A DNA stretch of 64,000 nucleotides. It comes from Escherichia phage p000v. Shown here one piece after another: positions 44,858-54,303 of this stretch. Location: sequence record NC_055781.1; one strand, written 5' to 3'. Position 1 is the first letter of the stretch. Each line of letters opens with the position of its first letter. The notes beneath the pieces were generated by a model. That model saw nothing but the letters and a program-made list of their open reading frames with translations. It was not told the DNA's origin and ran no database searches. Position numbers and translations under genes: made by a program.

Positions 44858-47071
44858 ATGATTATTGAAACGGCTAAAGAAACGATTATTGGTTCAGGCG
44901 GTAAGAGCACAGCATTCACTATTCAAGGCAATAGCAAAGTTTATAAGATTTTGTCTAATGACCTTTATACAAACAAAGAATTGGCTTGTGTACGTGAATT
45001 AATTACAAACTGTATCGATGGACAAATTCTTAACGGTTGCACTGATAAGTTTATTGTTCAGGCTCCAGGTCGTTTAGACCCACGCTTTGTAGTTCGAGAC
45101 TTTGGTCCTGGTATGAGCGATTTCACCATTAGAGGTAATGACGAAGAGCCAGGAATCTATAACTCATATTTTGCTTCAACTAAAACATCGAGTAACGATT
45201 TCATCGGTGGATTCGGACTCGGTTCTAAAGCTCCGCTAGCATATACCGATACGTTTAACCTTACGTCTTATCACAACGGTGAAGTTCGTGGTTACGTAAT
45301 CTACCAAGATGACACAGGTCCACAAATTAAGCCGACCTTCGTAGATAAGATGGGTCCTGATGACCGTACGGGTGTAGAAGTAGTTGTACCGGTTAACCCG
45401 GAAGATTTTGAAAAGTTCGCATCCGAAATTGCATATGTTATGCGTCCTCTAGGTGATATTGCAGAAGTTCGTGGTGTTAAAGATATTAAATACTTCCCGG
45501 AATTTGACGATGTATATTTGGCCAAGGAAGCTCCATGGGGTGAACGTGGTAATATCATGGCTGTTTATGGCGGTATTGTATATCCAATCGGAAGCGTTAT
45601 TAAAGAACAAACATGGATGATGACACGATGCACTACAGCTTATATTAAATTCCCTATGGGTGAACTAGATGTAGCTCCGTCTCGTGAAGCATTGTCATTT
45701 GATAAACGTACGGTAGCAAATATCCATAAACGCGTTGCAGAAATCGATGCTAAATTGTTCGCTGAAGATTCTAAGAAATGGATTGATTGTAAATACCCAC
45801 GTCATGTGTTCCGTGAAATTGATTCTCTTGGCTATACCGCTCGTAAATACATGGAAAAGGCTGGGTCTAATATTGAATCACTGAAATACTCTAAAGAACA
45901 ACTAACTTATTCTGAGTTGTACAAACGTTTTAAAATGGGGCCTGAGTGGTGTAATCTTGGTGTCGTATACGATATCGTTGAATCCCCTCGTCTTCGTCGT
46001 ATTCGTGAAAGTGGTAGCTCAACGGCAACCATTTCAATTAACAGTCTGATTGGCATTAACATTAAAAACGTTGAAATTGTTATTGACGACGTTAAGGGAC
46101 GCGTTCCATTAATGCGAGCTCTTAATTCAATTGAAATGTCTAAAGACGAGGTTAAATTAACTGGTAAAGTTCCACGCGGTTTTGGTAAAAGCGTACTATT
46201 CGTTGACCCTACAGACGAAGATGCAATGAAACTTCTGGAACGCCTTAAAGTTATCTTTGATGGCGACAACATTAACATGTACAAGACTTCAGAGCTTTTA
46301 CAAATCGTTAAGCCATGGATTGAAGTCAGGAAACGGACTAATGAGCCTCGTCCTAAATCGCCAAGTGCTCATCGATTCTTTAAGAATGAAAACGATGTTT
46401 GGGTATCAGAAGACCTCTTTATTCCGGCAAGTGAAGCAGATGAAATCCAAGGTTATGCTATAGTTCGTAATCGTTCTAATGCTGAATGTCTTGACGCAGA
46501 TAAAGGTTGGTTGAACTATGACTCCAATTTCTTGACCCGTATTGCTGATTTGTCAGGTATTAAAGAGTTCACTGTAGTTCGTCCACAGATTGCTAAGAAA
46601 GTTCGTAAACTTGGTGAAGTAGAATGTTTGTTCGAAAAATCAATTAATGACTATATTACGCTAATCGATAAAGTGGATTATGATGAGTATGTATCACCAA
46701 GTCGTAGAGCACAGCCTTATTTGAATCATATTACTCGTAATGAAGAGCTTAACTTCCTTAGTAAGTATTTTAGCTCTAAGAACAAAGAAATCAGTAAAGA
46801 CTTTGCAAAACTCTCAACAGTAAATAATCGTTGGGGATGGAATCGATTCGCAGGTGCTACTAATACAGACATGAATAAGAAGTTAGAACTGTGTGCTAAA
46901 ATTTTCGATAAGCTTAAAGATAATGCTTACGATAATGATGATAAAATGGTTATTGAATTCGAAACCAATTATCATATTGTGTCAGAATACATGGGACGAC
47001 GTGGTACTCTTTCCAAAGAACAGGTCGCTCAAATCGTTAAATTCATGAAGGCCGTGGAAGCGGCCAAATAA
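44858..47071 (+). CDS. rIIA: rIIA protein
   Basis: 737 aa; N-terminal GHKL-ATPase-like region; immediately upstream of rIIB. Confidence 0.9.
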   Translation: MIIETAKETIIGSGGKSTAFTIQGNSKVYKILSNDLYTNKELACVRELITNCIDGQILNGCTDKFIVQAPGRLDPRFVVRDFGPGMSDFTIRGNDEEPGIYNSYFASTKTSSNDFIGGFGLGSKAPLAYTDTFNLTSYHNGEVRGYVIYQDDTGPQIKPTFVDKMGPDDRTGVEVVVPVNPEDFEKFASEIAYVMRPLGDIAEVRGVKDIKYFPEFDDVYLAKEAPWGERGNIMAVYGGIVYPIGSVIKEQTWMMTRCTTAYIKFPMGELDVAPSREALSFDKRTVANIHKRVAEIDAKLFAEDSKKWIDCKYPRHVFREIDSLGYTARKYMEKAGSNIESLKYSKEQLTYSELYKRFKMGPEWCNLGVVYDIVESPRLRRIRESGSSTATISINSLIGINIKNVEIVIDDVKGRVPLMRALNSIEMSKDEVKLTGKVPRGFGKSVLFVDPTDEDAMKLLERLKVIFDGDNINMYKTSELLQIVKPWIEVRKRTNEPRPKSPSAHRFFKNENDVWVSEDLFIPASEADEIQGYAIVRNRSNAECLDADKGWLNYDSNFLTRIADLSGIKEFTVVRPQIAKKVRKLGEVECLFEKSINDYITLIDKVDYDEYVSPSRRAQPYLNHITRNEELNFLSKYFSSKNKEISKDFAKLSTVNNRWGWNRFAGATNTDMNKKLELCAKIFDKLKDNAYDNDDKMVIEFETNYHIVSEYMGRRGTLSKEQVAQIVKFMKAVEAAK

Positions 47072-47080
47072 GGAAACATT

Positions 47081-48028
47081 ATGTACAATATCAAATGCTT
47101 GTCCCAAGAAGAACAGTTAGAAGCTTACGGCCTGGTTGAATCAGGCAAATGGACTCGTAAAGAAATTGCCGATTACTTCGACATTTCAACAGATACTCTT
47201 CGTAAGATTGTTAAGAATTTTAAAGCAGAAGGCGTTGTCCCTGAAGCAAACGATGCCTCTTATGTAATCGAAGAAGTTCCAGAAAATGATGAACCTATTA
47301 TCGGCGGACATCGTCCTGAAATCGTATGGAACGCGTCATCTAAATTTATTTCAATTATTGAAGGACGCGTAGCATACAATGCGACCCCATCAAGTCATGC
47401 AAATTTTGAAGAAATTAAAGCTAATCTGGTCGCAGGAAACCTTAGTAAAGCTGTCGAACTTATTAACATCAAGAAAGCTATTAGTAAGTTTGTTGACGGT
47501 AATGTTGTTATTGAAGGTGGTAGTTTATTTTATCAAGGTATAGAGATTCGTTCTGGCCTGGTTAATCGTATTATTGATTCCATGGAAAAAGGCGAAGACT
47601 TTAAATTCTATCTGCCGTTCCTTGAAAACCTGTTAGAAAACCCAAGCGAAAAAGCTGTACAACGTTTATTCGACTTCTTGGTTGCAAACGATATTGAAAT
47701 CACTGAAGATGGGTATTTCTATGCGTGGAAAGTAGTTCGTAAGGACTATTTAGACTGCTATAGTGGTACATTTGATAACTCCCCAGGTAAAGTTGTTTCA
47801 ATGCCTCGTACTCGAGTTAACGACGATGATACTCAAACCTGTTCTCGCGGTCTCCACGTTTGTGCTAAATCTTATATTCGCCACTTTGGTTCAAGCTCAG
47901 ATAAAGTTGTGAAAGTTAAAGTTCATCCACGTGATGTTGTATCCATCCCGGTTGACTACGGTGATGCTAAGATGCGTACTTGTCGTTATGAAGTAATTTC
48001 AGACGTTACTGAATTATTTGCAGAATAA
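47081..48028 (+). CDS. rIIB: rIIB protein
   Basis: 315 aa; N-terminus MYNIKCL and C-terminal region match T4 rIIB as recalled. Confidence 0.85.
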   Translation: MYNIKCLSQEEQLEAYGLVESGKWTRKEIADYFDISTDTLRKIVKNFKAEGVVPEANDASYVIEEVPENDEPIIGGHRPEIVWNASSKFISIIEGRVAYNATPSSHANFEEIKANLVAGNLSKAVELINIKKAISKFVDGNVVIEGGSLFYQGIEIRSGLVNRIIDSMEKGEDFKFYLPFLENLLENPSEKAVQRLFDFLVANDIEITEDGYFYAWKVVRKDYLDCYSGTFDNSPGKVVSMPRTRVNDDDTQTCSRGLHVCAKSYIRHFGSSSDKVVKVKVHPRDVVSIPVDYGDAKMRTCRYEVISDVTELFAE

Positions 48029-48033
48029 TAATT

Positions 48034-48056
48034 GGGGACTTCGGTCCCCTTTTTTT
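48034..48056 (+). terminator. intrinsic terminator (GGGGAC-ttcg-GTCCCC then TTTTTTT)
   Basis: strong UUCG hairpin and T-run after rIIB. Confidence 0.65.
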
Positions 48057-48070
48057 CTTTAGGGGTAATT

Positions 48071-48358
48071 ATGATTCATCCATTTGACGTATCAGAATCC
48101 AAAATTGCTAATCTTCGTGGTCATCATAAGTGTAAATCAGTTTATTGTGCTAAATTGGTAAAACATCCTGGTGATGCACACTACGGCTGGTTAGAATGCG
48201 ACGAAGTTGTTATTGAAATCCCGCCTGTAGATGCAGAATATCTTGAAGAAGGAGACCGCATTTATTTTGGCGAACTACACATCAGAGGTATCTATGGTAA
48301 AGACGAACTTGGGACTGTTGAGGCTGAAGAATCTTCCGACATTTATCCTGTCGAATGA
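48071..48358 (+). CDS. hypothetical protein
   Basis: 95 aa from ATG after AGGGGTAATT RBS; ORF-track start 48032 lies inside the terminator. Confidence 0.4.
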   Translation: MIHPFDVSESKIANLRGHHKCKSVYCAKLVKHPGDAHYGWLECDEVVIEIPPVDAEYLEEGDRIYFGELHIRGIYGKDELGTVEAEESSDIYPVE

Positions 48359-48374
48359 GTTTTTGACTAGCGAA

Positions 48375-48851
48375 ATGAAGGTTAAGATCGCTGATACTGC
48401 TCGGTACTCGTTGAAACAAGATCCAGGTCAAATAAAAGAAGACGTTGTTCGACGTTGTAAGGTTGCAGTCTTTGCAGAGTATGTAGTAGCAAATTGGCTA
48501 GACGGATATGTTAATAAAGGTAATGAAGACGTAGAAGACCCGTACACGTATGCATGGGACGTTTTAGCTCATCCTAAGTACTGTGGTCTACGCATAGAAG
48601 TAAAGACCCATCAGATGGATTCGAAATGGATTTCGGTTACCACAGGATACAGTGGTGATTATCCGGGTGGTAACGGAATCAACATAGGGCCCTTCTTGAA
48701 CCATCGAGTCGCTGACTGTATTATTATATTGAATGTCAAAGAAACCTCACCTGACGTCTTCTCTTATTCTATAAAGTTCGTGGGAGACCATGAAGACCTA
48801 AAGAAAATCGTCCGCAAGAGCAACTACAACGGATGGTATCTTCATCTTTAA
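48375..48851 (+). CDS. hypothetical protein, possible PD-(D/E)xK nuclease (T4 denB position)
   Basis: about 158 aa from internal ATG; AWDVLAH...RIEVKTH resembles a D...E-x-K nuclease core. Confidence 0.3.
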   Translation: MKVKIADTARYSLKQDPGQIKEDVVRRCKVAVFAEYVVANWLDGYVNKGNEDVEDPYTYAWDVLAHPKYCGLRIEVKTHQMDSKWISVTTGYSGDYPGGNGINIGPFLNHRVADCIIILNVKETSPDVFSYSIKFVGDHEDLKKIVRKSNYNGWYLHL

Positions 48852-48863
48852 TTTCATAAAAGT

Positions 48864-48900
48864 GTTTACAACTAAGTAGGACTATGATATAGTAGTCCTA
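48864..48900 (+). promoter_or_regulatory. early promoter (GTTTAC -18- TATAGT) with inverted repeat TAGGACTA/TAGTCCTA
   Basis: upstream of ORF 48920. Confidence 0.45.
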
Positions 48901-48919
48901 TCTAAAAGAGGATAACATC

Positions 48920-49183
48920 ATGAAATTTAAATTTTTCTACGCAAAACATAAAGTAACAGGCGAATTTGTTTCAATGTACAACACTGCAGATGACGAAGGG
49001 ATGATTTATACCCATTTGGGTCTATCTCATTGGGACTCGGACGTGCCTTATATGTCATCTGAAGCCGAAATAACTCGTTTAGTTAACGGACATATGAACG
49101 ACCATTTTGGTGTTATTCTTTCTAAAGACCTTAAAGAGGTTATCAACAAAGGATATATGGAACTCGCGGAAGTTGAGATATGA
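48920..49183 (+). CDS. hypothetical protein
   Basis: 87-aa ORF with AAGAGGATAACATC RBS. Confidence 0.4.
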   Translation: MKFKFFYAKHKVTGEFVSMYNTADDEGMIYTHLGLSHWDSDVPYMSSEAEITRLVNGHMNDHFGVILSKDLKEVINKGYMELAEVEI

Positions 49184-49266
49184 GCTCTAAAATGTGGATC
49201 GGAATATGGTTGCTTAGTATCCCAATGATTTGTATAATATTTTCAATTGTGTTGAGGTACTTATGA
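49180..49266 (+). CDS. micro-ORF, hydrophobic peptide (28 aa)
   Basis: MSSKMWIGIWLLSIPMICIIFSIVLRYL; ATGA overlap with upstream stop. Confidence 0.25.
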   Translation: MSSKMWIGIWLLSIPMICIIFSIVLRYL

Positions 49267-49373
49267 AAAATGCACTTCTTATTGTACTAAGAACAATTTG
49301 TGATACGGGTTTTTACATTGCATGTTCGTTCACTGGAACATGGTTGGCTTTAACATATTTTAATGTAATTTAA
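49263..49373 (+). CDS. micro-ORF, hydrophobic peptide (36 aa)
   Basis: MKNALLIVLRTICDTGFYIACSFTGTWLALTYFNVI; ATGA overlap with the previous micro-ORF. Confidence 0.25.
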   Translation: MKNALLIVLRTICDTGFYIACSFTGTWLALTYFNVI

Positions 49374-49375
49374 TT

Positions 49376-49415
49376 GTTTACAACACAGTAGGATTATGGT
49401 ATAGTAGTCCTACTG
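49376..49415 (+). promoter_or_regulatory. early promoter (GTTTAC -18- TATAGT) with inverted repeat CAGTAGGA/TCCTACTG
   Basis: upstream of ORF 49435. Confidence 0.45.
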
Positions 49416-49434
49416 AAACATGAGGAATACAAAA

Positions 49435-49635
49435 ATGGCTAAGCTTTTTAAAGATGTTGAAATTGGTGAAAAATTCGTCCTGAATAATGGACAGCAGCTT
49501 ATTCGTGTAGCTTCTATAGCCGGACAAACTCATAACTGTATCGCCCCAACGTGTTGGACTCGATTCTTTATTGAAGATGACACTGAATGTTTAACTGTTG
49601 AAGAGCTTTTTGAACGTTCTGATATAGCCGAATAA
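49435..49635 (+). CDS. hypothetical protein
   Basis: 66 aa from ATG after GAGGAATACAAAA RBS. Confidence 0.4.
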   Translation: MAKLFKDVEIGEKFVLNNGQQLIRVASIAGQTHNCIAPTCWTRFFIEDDTECLTVEELFERSDIAE

Positions 49636-49637
49636 AA

Positions 49638-49674
49638 TTGTACAAACTCTTGAGAGCAGAGTATAATGCTCTCA
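49638..49674 (+). promoter_or_regulatory. promoter module, copy 2: TTGTAC -18- TATAAT inside GAGAGC/GCTCTC inverted repeat
   Basis: about 30 nt identical to 4697..4728; upstream of ndd. Confidence 0.45.
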
Positions 49675-49711
49675 TGGATTACAAAAACATTAATCAATTG
49701 AGGAAATTAGC

Positions 49712-50158
49712 ATGTCCAAATATTTAACTCGTAAAGACCTTCTGGCAGTTGGTGGTGAAGTTGTTGCAGTAGTTCGTAATGGCGAATACGGTTCTGAAGT
49801 TTCTAAAGAGTTTCGTTCTCGTGAAGGTTTTTACTTCTTCGTTAAAGGTTCATCTGACTGGCGACAAGTAGCAGCACGATTCTTTGTAGGACGTCAACGT
49901 TCTAAACAAGGGTTAGATGCAATTCTTTCTCACATTCGTCAAGGCCGTTCACAACTCGCCCGTACTATGGGCACTAACAATATTGAATATGATGTAATCT
50001 TTGTTTCAGCTAAGAACATGAAACCTCTGACTACTGGTTACGGTAAAGGACAATTGGCTCTAGCGTTCACTCGCAACCATACATCAGAATATCAAACACT
50101 CACTGAAATGAACCGTCTTCTGGCCGATAATTTCAAATTCATTCTGCAGAGTTACTAA
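49712..50158 (+). CDS. ndd: nucleoid disruption protein Ndd
   Basis: 148 aa; region [29 protein letters not shown] and C-terminal [10 protein letters not shown] match T4 Ndd as recalled. Confidence 0.65.
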   Translation: MSKYLTRKDLLAVGGEVVAVVRNGEYGSEVSKEFRSREGFYFFVKGSSDWRQVAARFFVGRQRSKQGLDAILSHIRQGRSQLARTMGTNNIEYDVIFVSAKNMKPLTTGYGKGQLALAFTRNHTSEYQTLTEMNRLLADNFKFILQSY

Positions 50159-50165
50159 TTTATAC

Positions 50166-50198
50166 AGGCCTATTAAGTTAGGCCTTTAATTTATTTTT
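50166..50198 (+). terminator. terminator-like hairpin (AGGCCTA-ttaagt-TAGGCCT) with T-rich tail
   Basis: 7-bp stem followed by TTAATTTATTTTT after ndd. Confidence 0.45.
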
Positions 50199-50210
50199 GA
50201 GGTAATTAAA

Positions 50211-50357
50211 ATGGTAGCATGGATTATTGCATTGCTGTGTTGGTCGTTTTTATTCGTTAACACTTTAGTTACAGGCGAAACAACAGTACTTCAACAGGCC
50301 GTATCACAAGGTACCTTAGCGGTCTTAGCTCTTCTTAACGTATTAAAAGGCGAGTAA
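50211..50357 (+). CDS. small membrane peptide (48 aa), ac-like position
   Basis: MVAWIIALLCWSFLFVNTLVTGETT...; GAGG RBS; between ndd and 52, where T4 has ac/stp. Confidence 0.35.
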   Translation: MVAWIIALLCWSFLFVNTLVTGETTVLQQAVSQGTLAVLALLNVLKGE

Positions 50358-50497
50358 TGATTAAGAAAATCTTAGCAGGAGCCTTAGGGCTCTTGTTGTT
50401 GCTTACGGTTCTGTACTACGGTGTGATGTTTGGACTAATCCAAGTAGTGCTTTTCATTTCAGATGTTATAATGGATATTCGTTCATTAATATGGTGA
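50357..50497 (+). CDS. small membrane peptide (46 aa)
   Basis: MIKKILAGALGLLLLLTVLYYGVMFGLIQVVLF...; TAATG overlap with the previous peptide gene. Confidence 0.35.
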   Translation: MIKKILAGALGLLLLLTVLYYGVMFGLIQVVLFISDVIMDIRSLIW

Positions 50498-50501
50498 AAA
50501 T

Positions 50502-51827
50502 ATGCAATTGAATTCTCGTAATCTAAAAAGTATTATTGATAACGAAGCCTTAGCATATGCGATGTACACCGTTGAAAACCGTGCAATCCCAAACATGATT
50601 GATGGATTTAAGCCGGTTCAACGTTTTGTGGTTCATCGTGCATTAGATTTGGCTCGTGGTAATAAAGAAAAATTTCATAAACTTGCGTCAATTGCAGGCG
50701 GTGTCGCAGATTTAGGTTATCACCATGGTGAATCTTCTGCACAAGATGCAGGTGCATTAATGGCTAACACATGGAACAACAACTATCCACTGTTAGATGG
50801 TCAAGGCAACTTTGGTTCTCGAACAGTCCAAAAAGCTGCAGCATCTCGTTATATTTTTGCTCGTGTAAGTAAAAATTTCTATAACGTATATAAAGATACT
50901 GAATATGCTCCAGCTCATGAAGATAAAGAACACGTTCCACCAAAATTCTATCTTCCTATTATTCCGACAGTTCTTTTGAATGGCGTCTCTGGTATTGCAA
51001 CCGGTTACGCAACAAATATTCTGCCTCATAGTTTTAAATCGGTAAAAAAGGCTGTATTACAAGCTCTTCAAGGTAAAAATGTCACTAAGCCAAAAGTTGA
51101 ATTCCCGGAATTCCGTGGTGAAGTGCATGAAGTTGATGGGCGTTATGAGATTCACGGAACATATAAGTTCACATCTCGTACTCAAATGCAGATAACTGAA
51201 ATCCCATATAAATTCGACCGTGAAACGTATGTGAGTAAGGTTCTCGACCCGTTGGAAGACAAAGGTCTAATCTCATGGGAAGATGATTGTGGTGAACACG
51301 GCTTTGGGTTTAAGGTGAAGTTCCGTAAAGAGTACTCGCTTCCTGATGATGAAGAGCTACGTCATGAAAAAATCATGAAAGATTTTAGTCTCATCGAACG
51401 TCGTTCACAAAACATCACAGTGATTAATGAAAAGGGTAAATTAGCTGTCTATGATAACGTAGTGGACTTAATCAAAGATTTTGTTGAAGTCCGTAAGACT
51501 TACGTTCAGAAACGTATTGACAACAAAATCCTTGAATCTGAAAAAGCATTTAAACTGGCTTTTGCTAAGGCACACTTCATCAAAAAAGTTATCAACGGTG
51601 AAATTGTGATTCAGGGCAAGACTCGTAAAGCTTTGACTGAAGAGCTAGCACAAATCGAAATGTATAAAGAACATGTCGATAAACTGGTAGGTCTTAACAT
51701 CTTCCATATCACTTCCGATGAAGCACGTAAACTAGCAGAAGAAGCTAAAGCTAAGAAAGAAGAAAATGAGTATTGGAAGTCTACTGATGTTGTGACAGAG
51801 TACACTAAAGACTTGGAGGCACTTTGA
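50502..51827 (+). CDS. 52: DNA topoisomerase II medium subunit gp52 (GyrA-like)
   Basis: 441 aa; N-terminus with PNMIDGFKPVQR motif typical of type IIA topoisomerase A subunits. Confidence 0.9.
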   Translation: MQLNSRNLKSIIDNEALAYAMYTVENRAIPNMIDGFKPVQRFVVHRALDLARGNKEKFHKLASIAGGVADLGYHHGESSAQDAGALMANTWNNNYPLLDGQGNFGSRTVQKAAASRYIFARVSKNFYNVYKDTEYAPAHEDKEHVPPKFYLPIIPTVLLNGVSGIATGYATNILPHSFKSVKKAVLQALQGKNVTKPKVEFPEFRGEVHEVDGRYEIHGTYKFTSRTQMQITEIPYKFDRETYVSKVLDPLEDKGLISWEDDCGEHGFGFKVKFRKEYSLPDDEELRHEKIMKDFSLIERRSQNITVINEKGKLAVYDNVVDLIKDFVEVRKTYVQKRIDNKILESEKAFKLAFAKAHFIKKVINGEIVIQGKTRKALTEELAQIEMYKEHVDKLVGLNIFHITSDEARKLAEEAKAKKEENEYWKSTDVVTEYTKDLEAL

Positions 51828-51904
51828 GTGCCCTAGCCTTAGGATTTCTCGGTGCAATAGCTGCACTAGTGATTTGGCTGTATTGGTTGGACAAACATGA
51901 TTAG

Positions 51905-51923
51905 GGAGCTTCGGCTCCTTTTT
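51905..51923 (+). terminator. intrinsic terminator (GGAGC-ttcg-GCTCC then TTTTT)
   Basis: UUCG hairpin and T-run after gene 52. Confidence 0.6.
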
Positions 51924-51944
51924 GTGCATTTTTCTCACAAAACA

Positions 51945-51973
51945 GTTTACACGTGCTTCAAACATGATATTAT
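51945..51973 (+). promoter_or_regulatory. early promoter (GTTTAC -17- TATTAT) upstream of motA
   Basis: consensus-like elements 45 nt before the motA ATG. Confidence 0.5.
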
Positions 51974-52017
51974 AAACCTATCAAAACAAAACAAAACAAC
52001 CGAATTGGAGAAATAAA

Positions 52018-52650
52018 ATGTCTAAAGTTACTTACATCATCAAAGCTTCTGAAAACGCTCTGAATGAAAAAACTGCTGCAATAATGGTTTATATCATTAA
52101 GAACAACTTCACCACTGCTGCCAATGTCCGTGAAGCTCTGGAAGCAGAATACAATGCATCAGTTGTTAACTCTAACATCGGTGTATTGATTAAGAAAGGT
52201 TTAGTCGAAAAATCAGGTGATGGACTTGTAGCAACAGGCGAAGCAATGGATATTATCCAAAAAGCCGCAGATCTATTTGCTCAAGAAAATGCTCCAGAAC
52301 TTCTTCAGAAACGTAACACTAGAAAAGCACGTGGAGTTACTCCTGAAATGCATGAATTAGCAAACTTTGTTTTTGAAAATATTAAAGATAAAGTTGAAGT
52401 TAAAGAAATTGGTGAAAACCGTAGTAACTTAGAAGTTCGATTTGCAAAACGAGTTCTAGGTATTCGTCAGATCGAAATTCGTCGAGATGGCGCTCTTAGA
52501 ATCTTTGCATACAACATGTCAGAAACTGAATCAAAGCTGTTTACTTCTCTTGAAAATGATGTTAAGATTAAGATCGGTGGTAAATATACTTACATTGACT
52601 TCCCTAATGTGTCCAAAGAAATCATTACCCTTGTAACTAACGTACTGTGA
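52018..52650 (+). CDS. motA: middle-transcription activator MotA
   Basis: 210 aa (T4 MotA is 211); N-terminus MSKVTYIIKAS and SNIGVLIKKGLVEKSGDGL match T4 MotA as recalled. Confidence 0.8.
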   Translation: MSKVTYIIKASENALNEKTAAIMVYIIKNNFTTAANVREALEAEYNASVVNSNIGVLIKKGLVEKSGDGLVATGEAMDIIQKAADLFAQENAPELLQKRNTRKARGVTPEMHELANFVFENIKDKVEVKEIGENRSNLEVRFAKRVLGIRQIEIRRDGALRIFAYNMSETESKLFTSLENDVKIKIGGKYTYIDFPNVSKEIITLVTNVL

Positions 52651-52660
52651 GGAATACATA

Positions 52661-52990
52661 ATGAATAAGCTGAATATTATTAACGAACTTCGTAAATGTG
52701 CAGAACCTACTCAGGAAGGATGGGATATTTGGTACCACGGGGCTTATTTAGGGACAATTGTAAAGATTAAAGCAGGTCAATATACGGTTATTCGTGAAAA
52801 TAATGACGCGCCATTTGGCCTTCGTAAAAACTACATGGCAGCGATCAGTTCATTTGTTGATGCAGCTTACGAAATCTATAAAGAAGATTATAAAGAATAT
52901 CAGCAGTCACAACCGGTTATTCGTTCGATTGGTGTAAATAAACAATCACAAAAATCTATTTGGCAACGTATTAAAGGATGGTTTAAATGA
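52661..52990 (+). CDS. hypothetical protein
   Basis: 109-aa ORF. Confidence 0.45.
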   Translation: MNKLNIINELRKCAEPTQEGWDIWYHGAYLGTIVKIKAGQYTVIRENNDAPFGLRKNYMAAISSFVDAAYEIYKEDYKEYQQSQPVIRSIGVNKQSQKSIWQRIKGWFK

Positions 52991-53448
52991 AAACTTTTAA
53001 AGAACGTTTAGCTCTGTTAGATAAAGCTTTGTCGCGTGAGACTCCGGAAAGTCTGGCTGCTAAATTAGCTTCTTACGGTGGTGAATATACAGAACAAAAT
53101 GTTTTAGACGAAGTTCCTGAAATCTGTTGGCAGACTCTGTATTGGGATGAAAACCAAAAGTATCAACGACGAATTGTCTGCGCAGCCAACCGTTTTAAAT
53201 TAAAAGATGGACGAACTCTTATTATTCCAGGTGCTCGTCATTATTCTAAAGATATGGCAGAAGTTTTAGATGTAGTTAAACCTCAATTAGTTACTCAACA
53301 AGTTTGTGATGATGACCAAGGGTTTATTGACCAATATAGTAATTATTGGACACGTGAAGAAGCAATGATTATTGCAACTTACGCTGGACAAGTACGTATT
53401 GAACGTGGTGGTAATGAAAAAGAACTTTACTCTGAGGACCTTTACTAA
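52987..53448 (+). CDS. hypothetical protein
   Basis: 153-aa ORF, ATGA overlap. Confidence 0.45.
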   Translation: MKTFKERLALLDKALSRETPESLAAKLASYGGEYTEQNVLDEVPEICWQTLYWDENQKYQRRIVCAANRFKLKDGRTLIIPGARHYSKDMAEVLDVVKPQLVTQQVCDDDQGFIDQYSNYWTREEAMIIATYAGQVRIERGGNEKELYSEDLY

Positions 53449-53729
53449 TGAATCTTAAACAACTCCAGATTGATGCTATTGAAGCCCACATTAATCATAT
53501 CAAACGCCTGAATGCTATGATGGAAGAAAATTATGGTATGTATGCTAATCAGCCTGGTTGGGATGCTTTAGATCATCCTTATTTGGTTAATTTATGTAAA
53601 GGTGATACGTTAGCAATTATTCGTGATGGGTTAAAACCTTTCTTGCGCGACATGTATATTAAAATGAACGAAGAAATTATTAGCTCGTTGCAATATCAAT
53701 TAAGGAAATTAGATGATGAGAATAATTGA
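53448..53729 (+). CDS. hypothetical protein
   Basis: 93-aa ORF, TAATG overlap. Confidence 0.45.
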   Translation: MNLKQLQIDAIEAHINHIKRLNAMMEENYGMYANQPGWDALDHPYLVNLCKGDTLAIIRDGLKPFLRDMYIKMNEEIISSLQYQLRKLDDENN

Positions 53730-53940
53730 TTCTAAAGCAGATTATTTTAATTCTGTTAATGATAAGAATAAAGCTTTAATTCGCCACTTTATTACTGAGA
53801 TGGGTTATACTGACTCTAAAGATTTGAAAGAGCACATTATCGAATGTTCTGTGGCTAAAAAGTTTTCTTTCACAGACAAATGTTTAAATGAGGTTATAAA
53901 TCATTATGAACAATCTTGTAGCAAAACACGATTTCAATAA
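53713..53940 (+). CDS. hypothetical protein
   Basis: 75-aa ORF overlapping upstream 3' end. Confidence 0.35.
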   Translation: MMRIIDSKADYFNSVNDKNKALIRHFITEMGYTDSKDLKEHIIECSVAKKFSFTDKCLNEVINHYEQSCSKTRFQ

Positions 53941-54014
53941 GGCTTCCGTCCATAAGGACAAGAAGAAATCAGAACTTCAATCTAAACGCAAACAAAAACA
54001 TAAGGGTAAAGACT

Positions 54015-54302
54015 ATGCTTACTAAAATCAAAGAAAATCCTGCCACTGAACTTGTTATTCGTTGTGAAGAACTTGCAGAGCTTTATCAGGTTAACCGAGA
54101 AGTGTGTCGTAGTGTTATCGTAGATATGGCAGACGAAGTATGTTCTCGTATTCCTTTTAGTGTCGATTTCAACCATATGAAGCCTGGTGAAATCACTATC
54201 GTCTTTGGTTCTGACTATACTGAAGAACGGGCTCTTAATGTCCTAGAATATGAAATGTCATTCTTTGACATACAGGATTACATTGATAGTTATAAGGAAT
54301 GA
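54015..54302 (+). CDS. hypothetical acidic protein
   Basis: 95 aa, Asp/Glu-rich; lies in the T4 arn/motA.1 neighbourhood. Confidence 0.4.
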   Translation: MLTKIKENPATELVIRCEELAELYQVNREVCRSVIVDMADEVCSRIPFSVDFNHMKPGEITIVFGSDYTEERALNVLEYEMSFFDIQDYIDSYKE

Positions 54303-54303
54303 T

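Noticed and set aside
51828-51905. 26-codon hydrophobic ORF starting at a TTG right after gene 52
   Set aside because: TTG start with GGAGG only 3 nt upstream; it overlaps the terminator hairpin; too weak to call.
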